Source: Acidobacteriota bacterium (GTDB lineage Bacteria; Acidobacteriota; UBA890; WLXD01). From it: a DNA stretch of 64,000 bases. The notes under the pieces are model-generated. The model did not search any database, was not told the DNA's origin, and saw nothing but the letters and a program-made list of their open reading frames with translations. The stretch's first letter is position 1, and each line of letters begins with the position of its first letter. The translations under genes were made by a program, and so were the position numbers. Of this stretch, positions 11,042 to 21,452 are shown piece by piece. The DNA lies in the NCBI GenBank assembly GCA_963666215.2, contig CAXWPL010000004.1:192001-256000 (forward strand), written 5' to 3'.

Positions 11042-13501
11042 CTAGCGGGAATCGGATGCGTTGCCGCGCACCACTAGCGTAGTGCTCCGAGCCCTGTCGT
11101 TGTGCCGGAACGCGGCGCTGTTGACCACTCCATGAATGAACGCCGACATGCGGCTACCGTTGAGGGCGGCCTCGTGCACGATGGCCCGTACCTCGGGCAT
11201 GTCGGAATACTCGAGCCGCCGGCCAATGGCGTAGGACAGCAGGTTCTCGGTGAAGTTCGTGAGGATCGAGTCGGAATATTGCAGCAACGCCGCCTGCAAG
11301 TCGGCCGGGCTACCGAGCTGGGTTCCGTCGTACAGCATGCCCGTTGCATCGATCGGGGCATCGTTGTCCTTTGTGCGCCAGGCGCCCGTCACGTCGTAGT
11401 TCTCCAACGCCAGCCCCAGCGGGTCGATCACTCGGTGGCACGAGGCGCAGGCCGGGTTGGCCCGATGCTCCTCCATGCGCTCGCGCACGGTCAGCAGACG
11501 GCCTTCGCGCACCGGGTTCGTCGCGTCGAGATCGGGGACGTCGGGAGGCGGCGGCGGGGGCGGGGTTCCCAGTAGAACTCCGAGCACCCACTTGCCGCGT
11601 AGGACGGCCGAAGTGCGATCAGCATGCGACGTCAAGGTCAGGATGCTGCCGTGGCCGAGCAACCCGCGCCGTTCTTGACCCTGCAGAGAGACCCGACGGA
11701 ATCCCGCGCCGCTGACGTTCGGAATGCCGTAGTGATTGGCGAGCCGCTCGTTGACAAACGTGTAGTCGGCGGTGAGGAGCTCCAGCGCGCTGCGATCGTC
11801 CTGCACGAGATAGTTGAAGAACAGCTCCGTCTCACGCCGCATCGCGTCGCCGAGCTGCTGGTGGAAATCGGGAAACAGGAGCGCGTCCGGATGGACCTTC
11901 TCCAGATCTTGCAGGCGGAGCCATTGGGCGGCGAAGCGTGTGCCCAGAGCAGCGGCGCGCGGGTCGGCGAGCATGCGGTCGACCTGCCGCGCGAGCACGG
12001 CAGGATCGGACAAGCGCCCCTCGGCTCCGACGCCGATCAACTCGTCGTCGGGCGGCGCGGCCCACAGGAAGAAGGAGAGCCGCGAAGCCAGCGTCGCGTC
12101 GCTGACGAGCGAGTCCGCGCTGCTGTCGCCGGAGCCCGCGCTCGCCGAGCGTTCCTCCAGGCGGAAGACGAAATAGGGACTCGCGAGAATCGCCTCCAGC
12201 GCCGAGGTGATGCCCACCTCGAAGCCGCCCTCATCTGCGCCGGCCTCGTAGAACTCCATCAACGAACCACGATCTCGCTTGATCAGCGGCCGCCGATAAG
12301 CCTCGGATGCCAGCCGCGTAACAATCAACTCGGCGCAGGTCAACTCCTCATCGGGCGCCGTTGGCCTGCAGCTGAAGATGTTGTCGCGGCTCACCGAGGC
12401 CGAGACCCCGGTGGCGTTGTACGGCCCAGCTATCGACAGGTTGCGCAGGTGAGGCAAGGTGGTCACGCCGTATGCCGAGCCGATCGTCTTGTCGGCGATG
12501 CTCCATTCGTGCGGCGACAGCAGGTCGGGCGGCGAACCCTCGGTCTTGCGGATGAAGGCTGCCGTTACTCGCTGCGGCCCAGCACGTACGTAGCTGGGCT
12601 CTGTTTTCAGATTCTCGTTGTCGGCGTCCATGTAGCGGTCGAGGTCGAGCAGCGCAACGCGCTCGCCGTCGATCGATACCTCGATCTGCTCGTCGTGGTA
12701 GGTCGTCGACCCGTACAGGAACGCGATCGGCGCGTCGAAGAACGCCATCGTGAACACATACTCGCCGTCCGCCGGGAACACGTGATCTATCGAGAGGCCA
12801 CCACGAGTGCCGTACGGAGCTCCTTCAACGCGATCGTTCTGCGAGGCATAGCGCGGCACGCTGTAGCGCGATTCCACAACCGTGGCGTCGGGGTCGCCCA
12901 CGGCGAGGCGGCTGATCTCGCTCGCAGCACTCAGGTAGCCCTCCATCACCGTGACCGAAAGGCCTTGAACGTCGGCGATGTTGTCGAAGCCGGCGCTCAC
13001 GGTATCGGGCGGCAGGTAGGTGTCGACGTCGATCTGGAGAAGCAGCAAATCGCTGATCGAGCGCTCGTACTCCGCTCGGTTGAGTCTCTGGAAAGTACGT
13101 CCTCCCGGACTCGGTTTTGCCGCGGCGGCCGTGTCGACGCGGCTCACCAACGTGGCAACGAGCTCTTCGACAACCGTACGCTCAGGACGGCGCGCAGGCA
13201 GCGGCGGCATGATGCCGGCCTGCAGCTTGCGGATGAGCTTTTCCGACAGCTCCGCGTTCTGCCCAGCTCGAGCAACATCGAAGTTTTCGAGCGTCAGGCC
13301 GCCGGTCAGTGTGGCGTCGTTGTGGCAACGCAGACAATAGCGGCCGATCACCTGGTTCTGAACATCGTCCGAGCCGGCGCTCACGGGTTGCACGGCCTGG
13401 CGAGCCGGCCCCGTAGGGCGAAGCGGTTCGGCGGGCGCAACCGGCGTAACTGCCGCCGCCACGAACGCGGCTCCCGCCAACGCCAGGGTAAGCCTTTGCA
13501 T
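11042..13501 (-). CDS. DUF1587/1592/1588/1585/1595 multidomain cytochrome c-like protein
   Basis: CLRCH and CASCH heme motifs; RLNRAEY, GFDN, LASRLSFFLW, RTSAVLRGKWVL motifs. Confidence 0.88.
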   Translation of the reverse strand: MQRLTLALAGAAFVAAAVTPVAPAEPLRPTGPARQAVQPVSAGSDDVQNQVIGRYCLRCHNDATLTGGLTLENFDVARAGQNAELSEKLIRKLQAGIMPPLPARRPERTVVEELVATLVSRVDTAAAAKPSPGGRTFQRLNRAEYERSISDLLLLQIDVDTYLPPDTVSAGFDNIADVQGLSVTVMEGYLSAASEISRLAVGDPDATVVESRYSVPRYASQNDRVEGAPYGTRGGLSIDHVFPADGEYVFTMAFFDAPIAFLYGSTTYHDEQIEVSIDGERVALLDLDRYMDADNENLKTEPSYVRAGPQRVTAAFIRKTEGSPPDLLSPHEWSIADKTIGSAYGVTTLPHLRNLSIAGPYNATGVSASVSRDNIFSCRPTAPDEELTCAELIVTRLASEAYRRPLIKRDRGSLMEFYEAGADEGGFEVGITSALEAILASPYFVFRLEERSASAGSGDSSADSLVSDATLASRLSFFLWAAPPDDELIGVGAEGRLSDPAVLARQVDRMLADPRAAALGTRFAAQWLRLQDLEKVHPDALLFPDFHQQLGDAMRRETELFFNYLVQDDRSALELLTADYTFVNERLANHYGIPNVSGAGFRRVSLQGQERRGLLGHGSILTLTSHADRTSAVLRGKWVLGVLLGTPPPPPPPDVPDLDATNPVREGRLLTVRERMEEHRANPACASCHRVIDPLGLALENYDVTGAWRTKDNDAPIDATGMLYDGTQLGSPADLQAALLQYSDSILTNFTENLLSYAIGRRLEYSDMPEVRAIVHEAALNGSRMSAFIHGVVNSAAFRHNDRARSTTLVVRGNASDSR

Positions 13502-13746
13502 GCCTCTCTCCATTCCCGCGCATACCGCCGCGAATGCGGCAACGGGCCGAGTATACGGCCGATTCGCTCGCTCGCCCAGCAGTCAGCAGCCGTCTCGGAA
13601 GAGATTCTCGGAAGTTCAACCGAGCCGGCGTCCCCGAGCCATCCCCTGCGCAGGGGCGTCGCGCCGCGAAGCCGATCCTTGCCGCGCACGTTGATCCTCT
13701 ACAAACTCCCGTTGAGCTCTGTCCAGACTCCAGCCAGGAACTCGAG

Positions 13747-14577
13747 ATGTCAGTCGAGCGCCCCCACACTCCCTTCCGCGACGACGGCCCCGGCATGTAC
13801 GGCGACGACCTGGCTCACGTTCACCACGCCGGATTCACCGGCTACGTGCGTGGCGCCGCGCCGGCGATCCTGGCGGCAGCTCAAAGCGCCGGCATCCACC
13901 GCGGCCGCGCCGTCGACTTGGGATGCGGCAGCGGTGTGTGGCTGCGGCAAGCCAGCGTCGCGGGCTTCGAGGCGTTGGGCATCGATCGCTCGGAATCGAT
14001 GCTCCGTCTCGCGCGCGCGGCAGCCCCCGAAGCACAGCTGCGAGTCGGCTCCATTTACGAGACCGATCTCCCGGAATGCAGCGTTGTCACGGCCGTGGGT
14101 GAGGTGCTCAGCTATGTCGATCCGGACACCGGCGAAGCCGCCCCCACGAACCTTTTCTTCCAGCGCGTCTTCAATGTGCTGACGTCGCCCGGGCTGTTCA
14201 TGTTCGATCTGTTCGTCGCCTCCGCGGGCGCGCCAATGGGGTATCGGAACTGGTACGCAGCCGACGACTGGACCATCCTCGTCGAAGCCACCGAGGACGT
14301 CGCCCGCGCCCGCCTGCATCGCGATCAGATCACCTTTCGCGAGATCGACGGCACCTTCCGTCGCAGCCACGAGCGCCACGTGCTGCGGGTGGCGGAGCCG
14401 GCCGAAATCGCGGCTCAGTTGCGCGACGCGGGCTTCAGCGTCGAAGCCTCGACCGCGTACGGCAACTTCGAGCTGCCTCCGCGACGCATGGCCTTCACGG
14501 CAATCAAGGACGGCCGCGCGGCCGCGCGCGAGCCGAGTTTCTCGGACACATCGGATCTTCCCGAAAACCCCGACTAG
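13747..14577 (+). CDS. Class I SAM-dependent methyltransferase
   Basis: Motif I VDLGCGSG, GIDRSESML. Start could instead be ATG at 13795. Confidence 0.85.
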   Translation: MSVERPHTPFRDDGPGMYGDDLAHVHHAGFTGYVRGAAPAILAAAQSAGIHRGRAVDLGCGSGVWLRQASVAGFEALGIDRSESMLRLARAAAPEAQLRVGSIYETDLPECSVVTAVGEVLSYVDPDTGEAAPTNLFFQRVFNVLTSPGLFMFDLFVASAGAPMGYRNWYAADDWTILVEATEDVARARLHRDQITFREIDGTFRRSHERHVLRVAEPAEIAAQLRDAGFSVEASTAYGNFELPPRRMAFTAIKDGRAAAREPSFSDTSDLPENPD

Positions 14578-15464
14578 ATCTCCTCGAGCACATCCGCAGG
14601 CACCCAGCCGACCTTGCCATCGTCGAGGACGATCTCAACCCAGTCGTCGGAGCGCCGGTCGATACGAACGTGCGTCCCCTCGTGAATCGCGAACAGCAGC
14701 AATGCGGGGTCGTCGGCAGGGGCACTGTGAACCGACACCTCGCCGGCCAGAACCACACCTTCGGCGGGAACGCCGATGCCGAGATCACGCACCGCGAGAT
14801 TAACGCCGAAGGTCAGCGCTACGATCGCCGCAATCACGGCCGCGCGCAGCGCCCACGTTCCGCCCAGCCCCGGCCTCAGGACGCGCGCCACGACGATGCC
14901 CATGGCCAGCAAGTAGCCGAGAGCTACGAGTCCTATCAACAGACCGCGCGGTAGCAGGTGAATCCACCAGCGGATGGCTCGAAAGAGCCAGAACTCGGGA
15001 ATCGGGGTGACTTCGTCGACGGTCAAGGAGCGCGCGATCTCGAGATTGGCGAGCAGGTTCTCGTCGCCCGGCATCCATCGTCGCGCCCGCTCGTAGTGGA
15101 GGATCGAGCGGCCGACGTCACCGAGCTTGAAGTACGTGTTGCCCAGGTTGTGGTGCAGGGCGCCGCTATCGAAGCCCGCGCTCTCGACTTGGAGATAGCT
15201 GGCTAGCGCGGCCTCGAAGTCGCTTTCCTGGTAGAGCCGATTGCCCTCGTGGTAGGCGGCTTCGGCCGCGCCTGGATCACCGCTGGCGTCAACAGGCTGT
15301 GCGAGGGCAGAAAGACAGAGCCCGAGCGAAGTACCGAGCACGGCCAGGGCCAGGCCCAGGACCTCGCGACGTCGCCGCAAGCAAATCATGTGCGCATTCT
15401 CGGATTCACGGTGCGGGCTTTCGGATTCATGGCGCCTCGGTCGAGGCATCTGATCACTGTGCAT
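14574..15464 (-). CDS. batE: BatE-like TPR/SH3 protein
   Basis: TPR (HHNLGNTYFKLG), two TM helices, C-terminal SH3b-like HEGT...W..I...DGKVGWV; last gene of the bat operon. Start uncertain. Confidence 0.78.
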   Translation of the reverse strand: MHSDQMPRPRRHESESPHRESENAHMICLRRRREVLGLALAVLGTSLGLCLSALAQPVDASGDPGAAEAAYHEGNRLYQESDFEAALASYLQVESAGFDSGALHHNLGNTYFKLGDVGRSILHYERARRWMPGDENLLANLEIARSLTVDEVTPIPEFWLFRAIRWWIHLLPRGLLIGLVALGYLLAMGIVVARVLRPGLGGTWALRAAVIAAIVALTFGVNLAVRDLGIGVPAEGVVLAGEVSVHSAPADDPALLLFAIHEGTHVRIDRRSDDWVEIVLDDGKVGWVPADVLEEI

Positions 15465-15468
15465 CCGA

Positions 15469-17391
15469 TCACCTGGCGAGCTCGCGCTCGAGACTCGTCA
15501 TCGCTGCGGCAACACGGTCGAGGAAGGCCGACCGCTGGTCGGCGTCGTTGCTTGGCGGCGCGAAACGGTGACGATCGCACTGCGACAGGCACGCCAGCAC
15601 GTCGGCGCTCGTCTCGGCCGTCACACCGCGATCGCCGAGGAGCTCGCGGGCCTGGTCGCGAATCAGGCCGGCTTCCGCCAGGTCGAGCTGGTCGGCGATA
15701 AAGCCCTCGAGCGAGCGCGCCGTCTCTGCGTAGAAATCGCGCGCCTCGTCGCTGCCCACCAACGAGCGCGCCTGCGCCAATCGTTTACGCGCCAGACGAC
15801 TGGCGCGACGACGACGCGCGTAGGCCACGTCGCCGAGCAGCCGGTCGCGATGGCGGCGCACCACGAGCGCCCCAGTGAGCACGAGCAAGGGAAGTGCCAG
15901 CACGAGCCAAAAGCCTGGGTGCCCGAAGAGTGTCGTGCCACGGCGAACCAGGCCAGGCGCGTCGAGGCGGATGAACCGAATGTCCGTCCTCAGGGCCGCC
16001 ACAGACGAGCGTGCCGGGGAGTCAGGACCGCCGAGGTCGCTGGCACCGACATCGCGTCCGCTCACCTCGATGCTCAGCGGCTCGGTCGCCGCCACTGCAT
16101 ACGCTTCCCTAGAAAGATCGTAGTAGCCGATCTCCACGCTCGGGATCGTGTATACACCCGGCGCCCGCGGAATCAATACGTACTCATAGGTCCGCGTACC
16201 GGAAACGCCACGGTCGCTACGGCGAATCTGATCGCTCACCTCGGGCGGAAAGGCTTCGAACCCCGCCGGGACATCGATCTGCGGCTCGGCCATGGCGCGA
16301 AGATTGCCTGTGCCCGACACCGCAACTCGCAACGTCACGGCGTCGTTGGTTCCGACCTCGGACTTGTCAGCGCTGGCGGTCACCTCGAGATCCCCCACGA
16401 AACCCGCGAAGCTGTCGGGTCGCCCGGAGAGCGGCGGCGACTCCACCTCGATCTCTACCGCCGCCGACGCGGCGGAAATCGGCACCATGCGTCCGAACGC
16501 GCTCAACAGCGAGCCGCGTCCGAAGAAGTCATCAAGACCACCGAACGGATCACGCGGGTCGCGCCCGCGCATGCGGGCCTGAGCTTCAACACCGAGCGGC
16601 TCGACGACTTTGGTTCCAGAGGCGGTCGGAAACATCACAACCTTGCGGACGACGACCGTCGCGTAGCGCTGACCGTCGCGCACAACCTCTTGGACCTGCG
16701 GCGAGTTTGGCAGCTCGATCTCTTCTACCCAGAAACCGGCCGTCGACGGCACGCTGGTGAGTCCATACGACCTGATCTCGAGCTTGGTGAAGAGCTTGTA
16801 CTCGACGATCACCGGCTCGTTCTGCAGCACGCGACGGCGACTCGGCTCCGCAACGATGAAGAAGTCTTCGGGCGCGATCGAGTCACCAGAGCCATCGTCG
16901 ATGACGCCGCCCCGACCTCTCGGAGTGCCGGCCGCGCCACCTCCGGACGGCGGGCTGGCGCTCACAGTCAGTGTTAGTGCCTCGGTCTCGAAAGCCTGCC
17001 CGTCAACGCCCACCGTCATCGGCGGGATCTCGAACGCCCCCTCCTGCGTCGCCTGATAGCGGTACTGGAGAGTGAAGGAAACGCTCGTGACACCGTTGCT
17101 CATCTGGAACGACTGCGATTGCTGGCGGCCCAGAAAGCGCGCGAAAGCTGCCAGGTCCGGCTGAGGTTCCTGGTCGATGTCGCGGGCGCCGGAGACCTGC
17201 ACGTTGAGCATGAACGACTGTCCGACGCCGACTTCGGTGTGGCTCAGATAAGCCGCCACCGTCGCGTCCTGGGCCGCGAACGAGCTGGCGGCGGCCGGAA
17301 TCCCGAGCAGGTGCAGACCGCAAACACTGGCCAGCGAAAGAGCGAGCGAGCGAGCGGCCCGCACTCGAAGATCGAAGCGCGGCGACTGCAT
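15469..17391 (-). CDS. batD: BatD family protein
   Basis: Signal peptide, repeated beta-sandwich domains (VSGTGNL, YVLIPRAPG), one TM helix; operon context. Confidence 0.85.
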   Translation of the reverse strand: MQSPRFDLRVRAARSLALSLASVCGLHLLGIPAAASSFAAQDATVAAYLSHTEVGVGQSFMLNVQVSGARDIDQEPQPDLAAFARFLGRQQSQSFQMSNGVTSVSFTLQYRYQATQEGAFEIPPMTVGVDGQAFETEALTLTVSASPPSGGGAAGTPRGRGGVIDDGSGDSIAPEDFFIVAEPSRRRVLQNEPVIVEYKLFTKLEIRSYGLTSVPSTAGFWVEEIELPNSPQVQEVVRDGQRYATVVVRKVVMFPTASGTKVVEPLGVEAQARMRGRDPRDPFGGLDDFFGRGSLLSAFGRMVPISAASAAVEIEVESPPLSGRPDSFAGFVGDLEVTASADKSEVGTNDAVTLRVAVSGTGNLRAMAEPQIDVPAGFEAFPPEVSDQIRRSDRGVSGTRTYEYVLIPRAPGVYTIPSVEIGYYDLSREAYAVAATEPLSIEVSGRDVGASDLGGPDSPARSSVAALRTDIRFIRLDAPGLVRRGTTLFGHPGFWLVLALPLLVLTGALVVRRHRDRLLGDVAYARRRRASRLARKRLAQARSLVGSDEARDFYAETARSLEGFIADQLDLAEAGLIRDQARELLGDRGVTAETSADVLACLSQCDRHRFAPPSNDADQRSAFLDRVAAAMTSLERELAR

Positions 17392-19280
17392 TACCAGTCC
17401 TTCTTCGGCTTGCGGCCGCGGGCCGCGGCGCGACGGGTGCGCTCGACCTCGTTCGGGTCTTCCTGAATCGCCTGCAGCAACCGCTCGGCTTCCTCGCGAG
17501 TGAGCTCTCCGGGCGCCTGTTGCTGACCTTCCTGTTGATCTTCTTCGCCCTGTTGCGCGGGAGATTGTTGTTGCTCGCCCGCTTCCTGCTCCTCCTGTTG
17601 ATCTTGCTGGTCAGGCTGTTGCTCCTGCTCGTCCTGCCCCTGTTGGTCCTGCCCCTGCTGGTCCTGCTGCTGGTCGCCTTCTTGCCCGTCTTGCTGCTGC
17701 TGATCTTGTTCGCTTTGTTGATCCTCACCGTCCTGGGGTTCGGACTCGTCGTCTTCGCCATCGCCCTGCTGCTGAGGTTGTTGTTCCTGTTGCTGCATCT
17801 GCTCCAGCACGCGCTCGAGATTGTGCTTGGCATCGGTGTCGCCAGGCGCGAGCCTCAGGGCCTGCTTGTATGCGTCGAGGCTGTCGTCGAGCTGTTGCTC
17901 GCGGTACAGGGCGTTTCCCAGGTTGTACCAAGCGTCCGACAGCAAGCTCGGGTCGCCGCTGTCGATCGCCGCGCGGTAGGCGTCGAGGGCACGCTGGTAG
18001 TCCTGGTTTTGGTAGAGGGCGTTGCCGTCGTTGAAGCGAATCAGTGGCGAGCCGGGTGCCGCGCGCAAGGCCTCGAGATAGCGCTCGTGCGCCTCGGCAA
18101 ACCGGCCCTCCTCGTACAGCCGATTTCCCTGCTCGACGTCGGCCCGCCCAGCCTGGGCAAACGCCCATCCAGGGGTCGCGAGAACGAGCATGGCGATGGC
18201 AGCGGCGGCAATACCACCGATCGCCCTAGCCGCCACGCCCGAGCGAATCGGCTGAGCGGGGCGCACGACGCGCCTCCTGGGTAGCAAGGCTTCGACGATC
18301 AACGCCAGAATCGCGAGTCCGAGGGCAAACTGGAACTGCTCATCGAACTGGGTGATCTCGCGCGTCTCGATCTCACGCCCGCCGAGCGTGGCGAGATCTT
18401 CGACCAGCGCGTCGAGCTCGCTGGCCGCTGGCGTGCTGCGGTAATGCCGCCCCCCGGTCAGACGCGAGATCTGCATCAAGACGGCCTCGTCGAGCCGCGT
18501 GGTCACCACGCTCCCCTGCTCGTCGCGCTTGAAGCCACGCCGCTGGCCGCGCTCGTCGAACTCTGGAATCGGGACACCATCCGGCGAGCCCACGCCCACC
18601 GTATAGATGCGCACACCAGCCGTCCGAGCCCGCTCGACGGCGGCGTCGATCTCACCCTCATGATCCTCGCCATCGGTCACCACCACGACAACGCGGTGCT
18701 CACGTGTATCGGGCATGCCGGGCTTGGTGCGGAAGCCGTCGAGCGCTACCGATAAGGCCTCGCCCAGATTGGTCCCCTGCACGGGCACCAAATCTGGATC
18801 CATGGCGTTGAGGAACAATCTGGCCGCCCCGTAGTCGGTGGTCAACGGACTCTGTACGAACGCCTGTCCAGCGAACGCCACCAGACCAATTCGGTCGCCT
18901 TCGAGCCGCTGGATCAACCTCTGGATCTCGATCTTCGAGCGCTCGAGCCGGTTCGGGCCAACGTCCTCGGCAAGCATCGAGCGCGACACGTCCAAAGCGA
19001 CCACGATGTCGTTGCCCTCGCGCCGTACGGTCTCGACGCGGGTCCCGAACTGCGGGCGGGCCAACGCCACCACGAGAAGCCCGAGCGCCAAGACCAGCAG
19101 CACCGCCCTCGCGGCGCGCGCTCGGTGGTGAACCGTTTCGGTCATTCGGTGCATCAGAGCCGGGTCGCCAAAGCGAGCCAAGGCCCGCGTGCGCACAGTG
19201 CGGGCGTACCACAGCAACGCCGTGGCAAGCGGCACGAGCAGTAGCGCATAGAGCGCTGTGGACTCTCCCCACCTGAACAT
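17391..19280 (-). CDS. batB: BatB (vWA) fused to BatC-like TPR and Gln/Glu/Asp-rich tail
   Basis: MIDAS DVSRSM, TDGEDH, TPRs, Q-rich linker, ends AERLLQAI...KKDW. Confidence 0.85.
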   Translation of the reverse strand: MFRWGESTALYALLLVPLATALLWYARTVRTRALARFGDPALMHRMTETVHHRARAARAVLLVLALGLLVVALARPQFGTRVETVRREGNDIVVALDVSRSMLAEDVGPNRLERSKIEIQRLIQRLEGDRIGLVAFAGQAFVQSPLTTDYGAARLFLNAMDPDLVPVQGTNLGEALSVALDGFRTKPGMPDTREHRVVVVVTDGEDHEGEIDAAVERARTAGVRIYTVGVGSPDGVPIPEFDERGQRRGFKRDEQGSVVTTRLDEAVLMQISRLTGGRHYRSTPAASELDALVEDLATLGGREIETREITQFDEQFQFALGLAILALIVEALLPRRRVVRPAQPIRSGVAARAIGGIAAAAIAMLVLATPGWAFAQAGRADVEQGNRLYEEGRFAEAHERYLEALRAAPGSPLIRFNDGNALYQNQDYQRALDAYRAAIDSGDPSLLSDAWYNLGNALYREQQLDDSLDAYKQALRLAPGDTDAKHNLERVLEQMQQQEQQPQQQGDGEDDESEPQDGEDQQSEQDQQQQDGQEGDQQQDQQGQDQQGQDEQEQQPDQQDQQEEQEAGEQQQSPAQQGEEDQQEGQQQAPGELTREEAERLLQAIQEDPNEVERTRRAAARGRKPKKDW

Positions 19281-19303
19281 CGTCAGTAGTTCCTAAGTAG
19301 TCC

Positions 19304-20296
19304 CTAGGGCAGCTTGCGAAGCAAGGTGTTGGCCAAACCGGTCTCGACCACCAGAAGCAGCAGGCCGAACACCAGCGGAATATGGAACAACTCGCCGTAG
19401 CGAGTGAAGCTCTGCACCTCGATCTCGGTGGTCTCGAGCTCATCGATCTCCGCGTAGATGCTCTGCAAGCTCTCGGTATCGGTGGCGCGAAAGTAACGGG
19501 CGCCGGTCGTGTCGGCCACTTCCTGCAGTGTGGCCTCATCAACATCCACCGCGATGGTCGCGTAACGCCGGCCGAACATCGGATCGTCCACGGGAATCCT
19601 CGCCGTGCCCTGAGAGCCAACTCCAATCGTGTAAACCCGCACGTCGAGCGCCTGCGCCATCTGCGCCGCCGTCACCGGATCGATCTCGCCGCGGTTGTTG
19701 CGCCCGTCGGTGAGCAACACCACCACCTTCGACTCCGCGCGACTCGACTGCAGGCGTTTGAGCGCGGTCGCCAAACCCATGCCGACGGCCGTTCCGTCTT
19801 TCACCATGCCGACCTCGAGCTCGCCCATCAGCTCGGCGACGACATCGTAGTCGAGCGTCAGCGGCACCTGGGTGAACGCCTGGCCGCCGAAGACAACCAG
19901 CCCGATGCGATCGTTGCGCCGCCCTTGCACGAAGTCGGCCGCGACGACCTTGGCGGCCTCGAGTCGGTTGGGCTGCAGATCCTCGGCGAGCATCGAGCTG
20001 GAAATGTCGATGGCCAGCACGATGTCGATGCCCTCGGTCAACACCTCCTCTTCGGTCACCCCTGTCTGTGGCCGCGCGAAGGCAACGATCAGCGCCGCGA
20101 GTGCCAGCAGCCGTAGAACCGGAAGAACACGACGCCACCGTCCGGTCGAGGCGCCGCCCGAGGCAACCACGGCTCCGAGACCCGGATAGCGCAGTGTGCC
20201 GCCCCGACGCCAGCGCCGGGCCATGTACACGTAGGCAAGCACCGGCAACGCGAGCAGCAAGGCCAAATAGAGCGGGTCGGCGAAACGATCGATCAT
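19304..20296 (-). CDS. batA: BatA vWA domain protein
   Basis: ALIVAFARP, MIDAS DISSSM, GTAVGMG, LLTDGRNN, G.YFRA. Confidence 0.9.
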   Translation of the reverse strand: MIDRFADPLYLALLLALPVLAYVYMARRWRRGGTLRYPGLGAVVASGGASTGRWRRVLPVLRLLALAALIVAFARPQTGVTEEEVLTEGIDIVLAIDISSSMLAEDLQPNRLEAAKVVAADFVQGRRNDRIGLVVFGGQAFTQVPLTLDYDVVAELMGELEVGMVKDGTAVGMGLATALKRLQSSRAESKVVVLLTDGRNNRGEIDPVTAAQMAQALDVRVYTIGVGSQGTARIPVDDPMFGRRYATIAVDVDEATLQEVADTTGARYFRATDTESLQSIYAEIDELETTEIEVQSFTRYGELFHIPLVFGLLLLVVETGLANTLLRKLP

Positions 20297-20306
20297 CGGC
20301 GTTCAA

Positions 20307-21452
20307 TCACTGGCTGAGCTCGCCCGCAGGAACACCGTCGATCGCCTCGGCCATGTCGATCTCCTGAGCATCTCCACCGGCTCCGACAGCGCCAGGATCT
20401 TCTACAGCGCGCACCGCGGGCCGTATCGCACGCGTGGCCTCGACCAGATGGCGCGCCTCCTGCGTAAGACGCCGGCAGGCGTCGTCGGACGGCCGGTGCT
20501 TGGCGAACTTCACGAGATCCGATTCGTCGAGCAGGCGGCCGAAGCCGCCGAGAATCTCGCCGCTGAGCTCGAGCGCGGCAAGATCGCGCATGGTCTCGCT
20601 GGTGGTCTCTTCGAGGGCCGCAACCTGGAACTGTCCTTCGATGTAAACGCGCACGATCTCGGATGCACGCGTGTAGTACTCCTTGAGCTCGCCGCGCTGC
20701 AGGAGCGACGAGGTCTCGAGCGCGGCAAGAGCTTCGAGCGCGACCTCGTGGGCTGGCCGTGTGGGCGCTGTGGGCGCTGTGGGCGCCGCGACCTCGGGAG
20801 CGGCGCTCTGTTTACGGGCGGCCAGCCAGCGCCAAAGCCACCATGTCGCGAGAGCGAGCACGAGCAGTAACACCGCCCAGGGCCAAAGCAGCAGCAGGCG
20901 CCGCTCGATCGAGCGCGGGCCCCGCAGGTTGCGGATATCGCCGTCCTCATCGAGACCGACCGAGGCAACGACCACGCCGAACACGTTGCTGGAGAGCGTC
21001 GTCTCACTCGCGTCAGCGCCAACCACAACAACATCGATGCTCGGAATCTCGAGCTCGCCGAGCTCGAAGGGGGCGAGCACCAGCTCGGCCGTCGAGCGTA
21101 CGCGCCTCCCACCCTCCGGGCCCTCCACGCTCTCGGCTCTTTCCGGCAACGCCACCGGCGGCTGCGCCTGTGCCTCGATGAGCTCGAACGACCCCGGATC
21201 GATCGACTCCGGCCACCGCACGCTGGCCTCGGCATCGTGCTCGACGGCCAGTGTGAGCCGAATGCGATCGCCAACATGCACATCGACATTGTCGAGATCG
21301 ATGTCGATGTTGGCACTCAGTCGCGGTTCGACGCCCTGCTGCACACTCGCGGCGTTCGCCGCTGAACCCACAAGAACAGCGAGCAGGAGCAGGAGCGTCG
21401 CGAGCGTCGCAGCTCGGATCGCCGCCGATTTCCCGCGCCCGTTCTCACTCAT
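20307..21452 (-). CDS. Bat-operon membrane protein
   Basis: Signal, beta domain, TM helix, PAHEVALEAL...KEYY...DLVKFAK; lies between DUF58 and batA. Confidence 0.78.
   Translation of the reverse strand: MSENGRGKSAAIRAATLATLLLLLAVLVGSAANAASVQQGVEPRLSANIDIDLDNVDVHVGDRIRLTLAVEHDAEASVRWPESIDPGSFELIEAQAQPPVALPERAESVEGPEGGRRVRSTAELVLAPFELGELEIPSIDVVVVGADASETTLSSNVFGVVVASVGLDEDGDIRNLRGPRSIERRLLLLWPWAVLLLVLALATWWLWRWLAARKQSAAPEVAAPTAPTAPTRPAHEVALEALAALETSSLLQRGELKEYYTRASEIVRVYIEGQFQVAALEETTSETMRDLAALELSGEILGGFGRLLDESDLVKFAKHRPSDDACRRLTQEARHLVEATRAIRPAVRAVEDPGAVGAGGDAQEIDMAEAIDGVPAGELSQ

Noticed and set aside
13643-13656. Perfect palindrome CCCCTGCGCAGGGG between divergent genes
   Set aside because: Single GC-rich occurrence with no second copy or associated regulator seen.
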